The notes: a model not told the origin generated them from the sequence alone. Shown: positions 45,601 to 56,098, counted from the stretch's first letter. The stretch is DNA of 64,000 nt from Candidatus Rokuibacteriota bacterium (GCA_016866775.1 VGLJ01000023.1:90-64089), one strand, 5' to 3'. Translations and numbers: made by a program.

Positions 45601-46463
45601 GGTCGTGCGCGACGCGCTCGAGATCACGCAATCCCGCTGGCGCGAAGAGGTGGCGAGCCGCGGCATCGCGATCGACGTCCGCACCGCGCTCGGCGAGGTC
45701 CCGCACGTCGGCGGCGATGCCGTCGAGCTGCGCGAGGCGCTGACGAACCTGATCCTCAACGCCGTCGACGCGATGCCGGACGGTGGCGCGCTCTCGCTGC
45801 GCACGGCCATGGTCGACGACCTCGTCGAGCTGACCGTGCGCGACACCGGCCGTCGGGATGCCGGAGAGCGTGCGCCAGCGCATCTTCGACCCGTTCTTCA
45901 CCACGAAGGGCGCGCAGGGCACGGGTCTCGGGCTCTCGATCACCTACGGCATCCTGACGCGCCACCGCGCGCGCGTCACCGTGGAAAGCGAGCCGCGGCA
46001 GGGGACGACGTTCCGGCTCGCCTTCGAGCCGGGCGCCGAGCGCGCCGTCGTGGAGCTGGTGATGCCGGTGACCGCGCCGGCGGGCACGCCGCTCCGCTGT
46101 CTCGTGGTGGACGACGAAGAGCCGGTCGGCACCGTGCTCGGCGATGTGCTCGAGAGCAGCGGACACTCGGCGGTCGTGCTCACGAACGGCGCCGAAGCGA
46201 TCGAGCGCTTCCGGCACGAGCCGTTCGACGTCGTGTTCACGGACCTCGCCATGCCCGGCCTCTCGGGATGGCAGGTCGCGCGCGCGGTGAAGGCCTCCGC
46301 GCCGGCGGTGCCGGTCTTCCTCGTGACCGGCTTCGGCGTCGAGCTCTCCGCCGAGGAGCGGCGCGCGCACGGCGTGGATCTCGTGCTGAGCAAGCCGCTG
46401 AACATCGAGTCGATCCTCGAGGCCATCGCCCTGGCTGCCCACCAGCAGAGGCCGGGCGGATAA
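39573..46463 (+). CDS. Giant hybrid sensor histidine kinase: 11 tandem GAF domains, HisKA, HATPase and receiver. Two apparent frameshifts.
   Basis: Eleven GAF-like units each end in an A-x-A-hydrophobic-x-N-A-R-L-Y/F-like linker. After them come VAHDFNN (H-box), LILNAVDA (N-box), DTG.VGM...DPFFTTK and GLGLS, then a receiver domain (LVVDDE...DLAMPG...SKP). The reading frame changes near 41963 and near 45851. The start is uncertain; the GTG at 39573 overlaps pyk. Confidence 0.75.
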
Positions 46464-46472
46464 GGAGCTCGC

Positions 46473-47264
46473 ATGGGCTACGACACCCTGACGCTCGGGC
46501 GCGCCGATGGCGTCGCCACACTCACGCTGAATCGCCCGGACGCGCTCAACGCGCTCGACCTGACGCTCGGACGCGAGCTCTTCCACGCGGTGCTCGAGCT
46601 CGACGACGATCCGGCCGTGCGCGCCGTCGTCCTCACCGGCGCGGGCAAGGCGTTCTGCGCGGGCGGCGACGTGAAGGGCTTCGCCGACAACCTGGACCGC
46701 ATCGGCGCGCTCATCAAGGAGCTGACGACCTACCTCCACGGCGCGATCTCGCGCCTCTGCCGCAGCGACAAGCCGGTGGTGATCGCGGTCAACGGCGTCG
46801 CGGCCGGCGGCGGGATGAGCCTGGCGCTGGCGGGCGATCTCGTCCTCGCGGCGGAGTCGGCGCGCTTCACGATGGCGTACTCGAAGATCGCCGCGACGCC
46901 CGACGGGTCGTCGTCGTACTATCTGCCGCGTCTGGTCGGGCTCCGGCGGGCGATGGAGCTCTACTTCACCAACCGCGTGCTGAGCGCGCGGGAGGCGCAC
47001 GAGTGGGGCCTGGTGACGCGCGTGGTGCCCGACGCGGAGCTGGCGTCGGCCGCGCGGAGCGTCGCGCGCGAGCTGGCGCAGGGACCGACGAAGGCGTTCG
47101 GCGGCGCCAAGCGCTTGTTCCACCAGTCGACGTGGGAGAGCCTGGAGACGCAGATGGAGCTGGAGGCGCAAGCCATCGCCGCGAGCGGCCGGACGGACGA
47201 TTTCCGCGCCGGCGTCACGGCGTTCGCGAACAAGCAGCCCGTGCCGCCGTTCAAGGGACGGTAA
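46473..47264 (+). CDS. Enoyl-CoA hydratase/isomerase (crotonase family)
   Basis: AAGGAG ribosome-binding site plus ATG. Has LNRPDALNAL...LTGAGKAFCAGGD. Confidence 0.85.
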   Translation: MGYDTLTLGRADGVATLTLNRPDALNALDLTLGRELFHAVLELDDDPAVRAVVLTGAGKAFCAGGDVKGFADNLDRIGALIKELTTYLHGAISRLCRSDKPVVIAVNGVAAGGGMSLALAGDLVLAAESARFTMAYSKIAATPDGSSSYYLPRLVGLRRAMELYFTNRVLSAREAHEWGLVTRVVPDAELASAARSVARELAQGPTKAFGGAKRLFHQSTWESLETQMELEAQAIAASGRTDDFRAGVTAFANKQPVPPFKGR

Positions 47265-47276
47265 GAAGGAGCCCTC

Positions 47277-48035
47277 ATGAGCACCGCGACCCGACCGCGC
47301 GTCTACTACCGCCCGGGCTGATCGTCCTGCGCCAAGACGAAGGAGCTCGTCTCGTCTTGGGGGATCGAGTTCGATCCCGTCGACGTCCAGGCCGATCCGG
47401 CGGCGAAGGAGGAGCTGAAGCGCTTCGACATTCCCCGCGTGCCCGCGATCGTGTTCGGCGATCGCGCCGTGCACGGCTGGAATCCGAAAGGCTACGCGGA
47501 GCTGCTCGGCGTCGACTACAACCCCGACGTCAAGCTCGCGCCCGCGGTCCTCGCCGCCCGGCTCGATCGCGTCCTCGCGTCCACCGAGGCGCTGCTGCGC
47601 GTGATGCCGGACGCGCACATGGAATGGACGCCGCCGGAGCGCAAGCGTCCGCTCGCGGATCTCGGCTTCCACGTCTTCCGGCTGTCGCTCGGCTTCGTCG
47701 AGGGCATCGACAGCCTGCGCTATCCGGCGAGCGTGCACGAAGAGCTCGCGCCGCGTGAGATCCGCTCGGGTGAGGGGCTCGCGCGGTACGGCGCGCTGGT
47801 GCGCGCGCGCATCTCCGGGTGGTTCCAGGGCGCGGGCGGCGACGAGTTCGGCCGCACGGTCGAGGCCTACTGGGGACCGATCGGCGGCCACGACTTCCTG
47901 GAGCGCACGACGTGGCACGCCGCGCAGCATCTCCGCCAGCTCTACGTGCTCGCGGATCGCCTCGGCGTGAAGCCTCCGGCGCCCGAGCCGGTCGACGCGT
48001 ACAAGGACCTGCCGCTGCCGAAAGCGCTCTGGTAG
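47277..48035 (+). CDS. Glutaredoxin-like / DinB-domain fusion protein, candidate selenoprotein (in-frame TGA at 47319-47321)
   Basis: AAGGAG ribosome-binding site plus ATG at 47277. The frame reads RVYYRPG-TGA-SSCAKTKELVSSWGIEFDPVDV...VPAIVFGD. It is open all the way into the 47439-48035 ORF, which has DinB-like features (TTWHAAQHLRQL). The TGA sits at the first Cys of the CxxC motif. Confidence 0.7.
47332..47360 (+). promoter_or_regulatory. Candidate bacterial SECIS hairpin
   Basis: Perfect 9-bp stem CCAAGACGA/TCGTCTTGG with an 11-nt loop AGGAGCUCGUC. It begins 11 nt after the UGA. Confidence 0.55.
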
Positions 48036-48040
48036 AGCAC

Positions 48041-48070
48041 GGGCCCGGGTCCGCCGCCGGACCCGGGCCC
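48041..48070. terminator. Bidirectional hairpin terminator between convergent genes
   Basis: Perfect 13-bp GC stem GGGCCCGGGTCCG / CGGACCCGGGCCC with a 4-nt loop. It lies between the stops at 48035 (+) and 48082 (-). No U-tract. Confidence 0.5.
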
Positions 48071-48081
48071 GCATCGCTCCG

Positions 48082-48622
48082 TCACTGCAGATCGACGCTC
48101 GAGCCTTCCCGCACGCACCACGCGCGTTCGAGGGCGTCGTTGTGGACGAACCCGGCGCCCGCGGCCTCGGCGAAGTCCACGAACCACTTGATGTTCGGAC
48201 CCCCTGTGTCGAACTTGTGGGTGGCCGCCCAGAACGTCGGGCCCCGATGGGGGTTGGCCGACTCCATGTTCGCGAACGGATGGTTGCTCGGAAGCGCCGG
48301 GTGGTGGACGACCGGATCCACGAGCGAGGTCAGGTCCTGGACGGTGGGCAGTCGCCACCCCATGCGAAATCCGATGACGCGCCGGTTGCAGTGGATGCTC
48401 GCGTTCGTCCACGTGAAGGACCTCGATCGCCGGCGCCTGCTCCCAGATCAAGCCTGTTTCGGTGTCGAGGACCGCGCCTTGATAGATGCCGGCCAGGACC
48501 TCGAACCGTAGCTTGAACGGGCCGAACCCCTTGTCCTTCAGCATCTGGATGCCCGGCCCCGCCTCCGCGACTTGAGCACACACCAAGACCGCGACGATGA
48601 GCGCTGCCTGCCATCGCTTCAT
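48082..48622 (-). pseudogene. Secreted DUF1566 (Lcl C-terminal-like) domain protein with an apparent frameshift
   Basis: Signal peptide MKRWQAALIVAVLVCAQVAEA followed by DTETGLIWEQ in one frame. FTWTNASIHCN...GWRLPTVQDLTSLVD follows in another frame. The frame switch must lie within 48412-48447. Confidence 0.55.
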
Positions 48623-48859
48623 GAGATTTCGCCCCTCGGGTGACCGGTCCTGCGGCGCCCCCTGGCGCGCTCTGCCTGTCAGTGACGAGTCGTCATCACC
48701 TCCTTCGGCGAGTCCGGCGCCGATGCGGGCAGGAACCGCGCCAAACGTCGGTGCGTCGACTTCTCGCGGAGTTGACGCGTACGGGAGGCGGCTGGCGGCC
48801 GGCGGGCGCGACACAATGCCGTCCGCCCCGGGCCTTCGGCCAGGGCGGCGTGCCGGAGG

Positions 48860-49066
48860 CTAGATCCGGTCGAGCTCGGCGACCGTGCGGTTGCTCGTCG
48901 CGTTGCCCGTGTTCAGCGTGCCCTTCGGCTCGAGCAGCAGCACGTGGACCTCGTCGGTCAGCGCCTTCGGACGGTGCTCGCCGCCGCGCGGGACGATGAT
49001 CAACTCGCCGGGCCCGACGTTCCGGTCGCCGTCGCGGAGCTGCGTGGCGTCCCACTCATGAGTCAT
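48860..49066 (-). CDS. Cupin-fold fragment (C-terminal half only)
   Basis: PGELIIVPRGGEHRPKA...VLLLEPKGTLNTG resembles the second half of a small cupin. The first metal-binding motif is absent. Upstream sequence belongs to the neighbouring membrane-protein gene. Confidence 0.35.
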   Translation of the reverse strand: MTHEWDATQLRDGDRNVGPGELIIVPRGGEHRPKALTDEVHVLLLEPKGTLNTGNATSNRTVAELDRI

Positions 49067-50000
49067 CGCCCCACGCTTCCGTCAGGCGGTGCGCCAGCGT
49101 GCGGTGATGGCGGAAGAAGTACGCCAGCATCGCGCCCGCGGCGAGCAGGTTGCCCACGAAGATCGTCCAGCCCGCGACCTCGTTGAGGACCCAGTTGGCG
49201 GCGATGACGATGGCGCCGAACGAGGCGACCTCGAAGATCGTGAAGAGGATGATGAGCACGAGGACGAAGACGGGCTGGCGCTCGGCCGCGGCCACCAGCA
49301 TCGAGGCGACGATGCCGAAGCCGATGAACGCGATGCCGTGCACCAGCGAGTACGTCAGGGCCGCCGCCATGGGGTCGGTCTGACGCAGGAACGCCGTGCC
49401 GAGGAGCTTCGGCGTTCGCAGCGGCTCGCCCTGGATCGTGTCGACGGCGAGGAACCACAGCGCGACGATGACCGCGCCGACGACGCCGGCGACGACGCCT
49501 TCGCGCAGCACGCCGCCCCAGGACCCGATCAGGAGGCGCGCGAGCGCGCGATGACCGAAGAAGAAGTACCAGAGCATCGCGACCGCCGCCGCGAGGTTCC
49601 CCACGAGCACGGCCCACCACACGACGGCGCCCACCATCGAGCGGCCGACGGCGCCCAGCGCGCCCAAAAAGAACATCTCGAAGCAGGCGAAGAGGATGAT
49701 GACGGCGATGAAGAGCGGGGTCTCGCGCTCGCTCACCGCGATCAGCGCGGCGGCGATGACGCCGAACGCGATGAACGCGAGCCCGTGGAGGACCGTGTAC
49801 CCGAGGATCGGGCCGAAGGCGATCGGCGCCCCGGCCGGGTCGCGCACGCCGTAGAAGACCGCCGCGCCCAGGAGCGCCGGCGTCAGCAGGGGCTTGCCGC
49901 GCGCGATGTCGAAGATCAGGAACCAGAGGGCGACGACCGCGGCGCCGAGCAGCCCGCTCGTGACGCCTTCGCGCAGGACCGAGCGCTGTTCCCCGGCCAT
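49056..50000 (-). CDS. Membrane protein of unknown function built from two homologous 4-helix halves
   Basis: The two halves (about 1-157 and 158-314) align by eye. Shared features: LREGV, ALWFL..D, TP.LLG, HG.AFI.FG, ER.P, VGNL.AA.AML.YFF..HR.LA.RL. Confidence 0.6.
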   Translation of the reverse strand: MAGEQRSVLREGVTSGLLGAAVVALWFLIFDIARGKPLLTPALLGAAVFYGVRDPAGAPIAFGPILGYTVLHGLAFIAFGVIAAALIAVSERETPLFIAVIILFACFEMFFLGALGAVGRSMVGAVVWWAVLVGNLAAAVAMLWYFFFGHRALARLLIGSWGGVLREGVVAGVVGAVIVALWFLAVDTIQGEPLRTPKLLGTAFLRQTDPMAAALTYSLVHGIAFIGFGIVASMLVAAAERQPVFVLVLIILFTIFEVASFGAIVIAANWVLNEVAGWTIFVGNLLAAGAMLAYFFRHHRTLAHRLTEAWGDDS

Positions 50001-50034
50001 AGCCGGTAGTGTACTCGCGTTGCCGCGCGGGGGC

Positions 50035-50717
50035 TCAGACGTCGCGGGCGAGGCGGACGCCGTAGTCGGAGTAGCGCAGATGCGGCGGCAGCGACGACCG
50101 GTGGGCGACAGCGCTCCACGGATCGGCGTGGCGCCACGCGCCGCCGCGGCTCACGCGCCGGGTGCCGCGCTCGGGGCCGCGCGGATTGTCCGGCGCGGAC
50201 ACCGCGTAGTAGCCGTCGGCATACCAGTCGGCGCACCACTCGTGGCAGACCCCCGACAGATCGGTCAGGCCGAACGCGTTGGCGGGCGTGGCGCCCACGG
50301 ACGGCAAGGCGCCGATCGCGTGCGACGGCCGCGCGTCGCCCCACGGAAACCGCGCGCGCTCGACGCCGCCGCGCGCCGCGCGCTCCCACTCCGCTTCGGT
50401 CGGCAGGCGTGCGTTCATCCACGCCGCGAACGCGACGGCCTCGTCCCACGCCAGGCCGACGACCGGCTGGCGCGGATCGTCGAAGCCGGCACGCCGCCAG
50501 AACGCCGGCGCGGGGGCGCCGACGGCGTCGAGATACGGCGCGTAGTCGGCGTTCGTCACGGGCGTGGTCGCGATCGCGAACGCGTCGATCCACACGACGT
50601 GCGCGGGCCGCTCCGCGGGCGCTCCGGTGTCCGAGCCCATCGTGAAGCGCCCGGCCGGGATCGGGACGAAGTCCACGTACGCGAGTGTAGAATGGCGGCT
50701 CGATCCAGGAGGGTGCA
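50035..50717 (-). CDS. Formylglycine-generating enzyme family (SUMF1/EgtB-like) protein
   Basis: Has FVPIPAGRFTMGSD...LPTEAEWERAARGG...GVCHEWCADWY...RVSRGGAW. The start is either the ATG at 50717 or the GTG at 50676. Confidence 0.75.
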
Positions 50718-51883
50718 TGAACGTCGCCGCACGCATGGCGCGGCTCGGTACGGAATCGGCGTTCGAGGTCCTCGCGCGCGCGAAGGCGCTCGAGCGCCAG
50801 GGCAAGGACATCGTCCACCTCGAGATCGGCGAGCCCGACTTCGACACGCCCGAGCACATCCGCGACGCCGCCAAGCGCGCGCTCGACAACGGCGCCACGC
50901 ATTACGGGCCGTCGGCCGGGCTGCCCGAGCTGCGCGAGGCGATCGCCAGGCACGTGAGCGAGACCCGCGGCATCCGCGTCTCGCCGGACCAGGTCGTCGT
51001 GACGCCCGGCGCGAAGCCGATCATGTTCTTCGTCATCATGGCGCTCGTGGGTGAGGGCGACGAAGTCCTCTCCCCGGATCCCGGCTTCCCGATCTACGAG
51101 TCCGTGATCAACTTCGTCGGCGGCACGGCCGTCGGTGTGCCCCTGCGCGAGGCGACCGGGTTCAACTTCGACATGGACTTCTTCGAGGCGCACCTCACGC
51201 CGCGCACGAAGCTCATCATCATCAACTCGCCCCAGAACCCGACGGGCGGCGTGCTCGAGCGCGCGCAGCTCCAGCGCATCGCGGCCGTCGCGCGCGAGCG
51301 GAACATTCCCGTGCTCACCGACGAGATCTACCGCCACTTCCTCTACGACGGCGAGTTCGTCTCGATCCTGCGCGAGCCGGGGATCCTCGAGCGCGCGATC
51401 CTCCTCGACGGCTTCTCGAAGTCGTACGCGATGACGGGCTGGCGCCTCGGCTACGGCGTGATGCCCGTCGACCTCGCGGAGCACGTCACGCGGCTGATGG
51501 TGAACTCCGCGTCGTGCACGGCGTCGTTCGTGCAGCTCGCGGGCGTCGCCGCGCTCGAGGGCGAGCAGGCGTCCGTGGGACGGATGGTGGCGGAGTTCCG
51601 CCGCCGGCGCGACCTGATCGTCGACGGGCTCAACAAGCTGCCCGGCGTGACGTGCGTGCTGCCGCGCGGCGCCTTCTACGTGTTCCCGAACATCACCGGC
51701 ACCGGACGGCCGTCGGCGGAGGTCGCGACGCGGCTCCTCGACGAGGCCGGCGTCGCCGCGCTGGCGGGCACCGCGTTCGGGAGCCAGGGCGAAGGCTACC
51801 TGCGCCTCTCCTACGCCAACTCCGAAGCCAACCTCCGCAAGGCCCTCGAGCGCATGGAGCCCGTGTTCGCGTCGATGAAGTGA
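50716..51883 (+). CDS. Class I/II pyridoxal-phosphate aminotransferase (aspartate aminotransferase-like)
   Basis: Has LEIGEPDF, INSPQNPTG and GFSKSYAMTGWRLGY (PLP-lysine region). Confidence 0.85.
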
Positions 51884-53079
51884 CCGCGGCGGACATCGTC
51901 GCCGACGGCCTCCGGCGGGCCGGCGTGCGGCGCGCCTTCGCCGCGGACGGCGCGGACGCGACGCTCGTCGACGCGGTCCGCGCGACGGGCGTCCCGATCG
52001 TCGAAGTCCCCGGCGCCGGGCCGGCATGCGTGATGGCGGCCGTCACCGGACGCATCGGCGACGCGCCCGGTCTCGCGATCGTCTCCGCCGCCGATGGTGC
52101 GGTCCATCACGCGTTGACCGGCGCGGCGCGCGAGCGCGCCCCGTGCATCGTGCTCGCCTCCCAGGATCTTCCCCCGTCCTCCGATGCCTCCCCGGCGAAG
52201 GCGGCGATCATCGCCGGCGCCGACTCGGCGGCGCACTGGGTGGCCCACGCCGCGCAGGCGGCCATGAGCGAGCCGCAGGGCTGCGCGTGGCTGGCCGTCG
52301 CGCCCGATGTCGCGCGAGCGGCGTCGCTTCCCGTGGCGGCGGCCGTCCATCGCGCGGCGGAGCCGCTCGACGGCGCCGAGCTGGAGGAGCTCGCGCGGAC
52401 GATCGGTGGCGCCGCGCGGCCGCTGGTGGTCGCGGGACGCGGGTGTCGCGCGCGCGCGACCGCGACGTGGCTCCGGGCGCTCGCGGAAGCGCTGCCCGCG
52501 CCCGTGCTGGTGACGCCCGCGGGGCGCGGCGCGCTGCCCGATCCGCATCCGCTGTGTCACGGCCTCCTCGTTCGTGACGCGCCGGTCCTCCCGCGCGCCG
52601 ATCTCGTGCTCGCGCTCGGCGTGGACGACGACGAGCTCGCCGCGGCGGGCGTGAGCGTCGCGGCGCCGATCGTACGCGTGGGCCGCGTCGACGCGCTGCT
52701 CGAAGAGCTCGCGCCGCGGCTCCGGAGTCGCACGTGCGCCGACTGGGACGTCGCGGAGCTCGACCGCCTGCGCCGCGCGGGTCCGGCGCCGGACGTGGAC
52801 CCGCGACTCGCGGCGCTCGTCCGCCACGCGCGCGAGACGACAGAGGCGGGAACGGCCGCGGTGTTCGCGCGGCCGCTCGCGGCGCTCGCGCAGCTGTGGC
52901 AGGCGGTCGAGCCCGGCGAGCTGCTGATCGACGACGACGTGCTGGCGGCGAGCGTGGCCGTGTCGCTCGAGCGTCCGGACGCGGACGTCCTCGCGTTCGG
53001 CGTCGCGCCCGGCGACGGCCTCGCGCGCGTGCTCCGTTCGGACGCGTCGCGCGTCGTGGTCGTAGCCCTTGGTGGGTAA
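51880..53079 (+). CDS. Thiamine-diphosphate enzyme-like protein (short, acetolactate-synthase-related)
   Basis: GTGA overlap with the upstream gene. The N-terminal ADIVADGLRRAGVRRAF... and a central domain resemble TPP-enzyme N and M domains. It is shorter than canonical family members, and I did not recognise the C-terminal TPP motif. Confidence 0.45.
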   Translation: MTAADIVADGLRRAGVRRAFAADGADATLVDAVRATGVPIVEVPGAGPACVMAAVTGRIGDAPGLAIVSAADGAVHHALTGAARERAPCIVLASQDLPPSSDASPAKAAIIAGADSAAHWVAHAAQAAMSEPQGCAWLAVAPDVARAASLPVAAAVHRAAEPLDGAELEELARTIGGAARPLVVAGRGCRARATATWLRALAEALPAPVLVTPAGRGALPDPHPLCHGLLVRDAPVLPRADLVLALGVDDDELAAAGVSVAAPIVRVGRVDALLEELAPRLRSRTCADWDVAELDRLRRAGPAPDVDPRLAALVRHARETTEAGTAAVFARPLAALAQLWQAVEPGELLIDDDVLAASVAVSLERPDADVLAFGVAPGDGLARVLRSDASRVVVVALGG

Positions 53080-53106
53080 AACTTTGCTCACACGCCCTGG
53101 CGTGTG

Positions 53107-53135
53107 TTGTCAGTCGCGACGAGCTTCCGGATACT
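53107..53135 (+). promoter_or_regulatory. Putative promoter for the second hybrid kinase
   Basis: TTGTCA (53107-53112), a 17-nt spacer, then GATACT (53130-53135). The candidate GTG start at 53142 is 6 nt downstream. It is preceded by the inverted repeat CACACGCC-CTG-GGCGTGTG (53090-53108). Confidence 0.4.
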
Positions 53136-53141
53136 AGGCGG

Positions 53142-55404
<2,263 letters not shown>

Positions 55405-55421
55405 CGGTCGGGGTGACGACC

Positions 55422-55441
55422 GGGCGCGTATAATCGCGCCC
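55422..55441 (+). promoter_or_regulatory. Perfect -10 box embedded in an inverted repeat, directly upstream of a leaderless ATG
   Basis: GGGCGCG-TATAAT-CGCGCCC, with the TATAAT at 55429-55434. The ATG at 55442 follows 7 nt after the -10 element and has no Shine-Dalgarno sequence. I recognised no good -35 element. Confidence 0.4.
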
Positions 55442-56098
55442 ATGGGCCTCCTCAACGAGCGCGATCAGGCCGCCGTCCGCAAGGAGTTCGAAAAGCTCTC
55501 CGGTCCCGTGAAGCTGGTCGTCTTCTCGCAGTCCCTCGAGGCGGCGGAGCTGTGCCGGCAGAACGAGGAGCTCGTGCGCGAGGTCGCGGAGCTCGCGCCC
55601 GACACGATCACCGTCGAGGTGCTGAACCTCGCCATCGACCGCGAGCGCGCCGAGGCCTACGGCATCGAGCGCGTGCCCGCGATCGTCGTCGAGGGCGCGC
55701 GCGACTACGGCATCCGCTTCCTCGGTATCCCGGCGGGGTACGAGTTCTCGAATCTCATCGACTCGATCATCGCGGCGTCGTCGGGCACCGCGGCGCTCAG
55801 CGCGGAGACGCAGCGCGCGCTCGCCGGCCTCACCGAGGCCGTCGACATCAAGGTCTTCTCGACACCCACCTGACCGTACTGTCCCCGGGCCGTGCGCCTG
55901 GCACAGCACATGGCGGTCGCGTCGGATCGGGTCAGCGCCACCGCGATCGAGGCGACCGCGTTCCCCGACCTGAGCCGCGCCTATCGCGTGTCCGCGGTCC
56001 CGAAGATCGTGATCAACGATCGCGTCGAGTTCGAGGGCGCGCTCCCCGAGCCCGACTTCCTCGGCGCCGTGCTTCGCGCCGCCGGCCCCGCGGCGTGA
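55442..56098 (+). CDS. Two-domain glutaredoxin-like protein disulfide oxidoreductase (archaeal PDO / GlrX_arch-like), candidate selenoprotein (in-frame TGA at 55871-55873)
   Basis: ORFs 55346-55873 and 55892-56098 are in the same frame, separated only by the TGA. The read-through sequence is IKVFSTPT-TGA-PYCPRAVRLAQHMA...FPDLSRAYRVSAVPKIVIND. This is the canonical CPYC unit, with the first Cys replaced by TGA. Confidence 0.75.
55885..55901 (+). promoter_or_regulatory. Candidate bacterial SECIS hairpin
   Basis: 6-bp stem CCGGGC/GCCUGG (one G-U pair) with loop CGUGC, starting 12 nt after the UGA. An alternative longer fold spans 55889-55914. Confidence 0.4.

Noticed and set aside
41955-45860. 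Programmed ribosomal frameshifting as the explanation for the two frame changes in the giant kinase.
   Set aside because: There is no slippery heptamer (X XXY YYZ) or obvious stimulatory structure at either site. Both sites are single-base differences in GGCC contexts. Indel mutation or sequencing error is more economical.
41942-45943. 1,333-aa ORF on the minus strand, antisense to the giant histidine kinase. Similar long antisense ORFs occur at 35294-37606, 6057-8027, 4663-6198, 17763-20000, 39156-41921 and 45756-48074.
   Set aside because: Their translations are low-complexity, dominated by Arg/Ala/Gly/Asp/His/Glu. They have no motifs and lie exactly opposite genes with strong homology signatures. 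Such shadow ORFs are expected in very GC-rich DNA because stop codons are rare.
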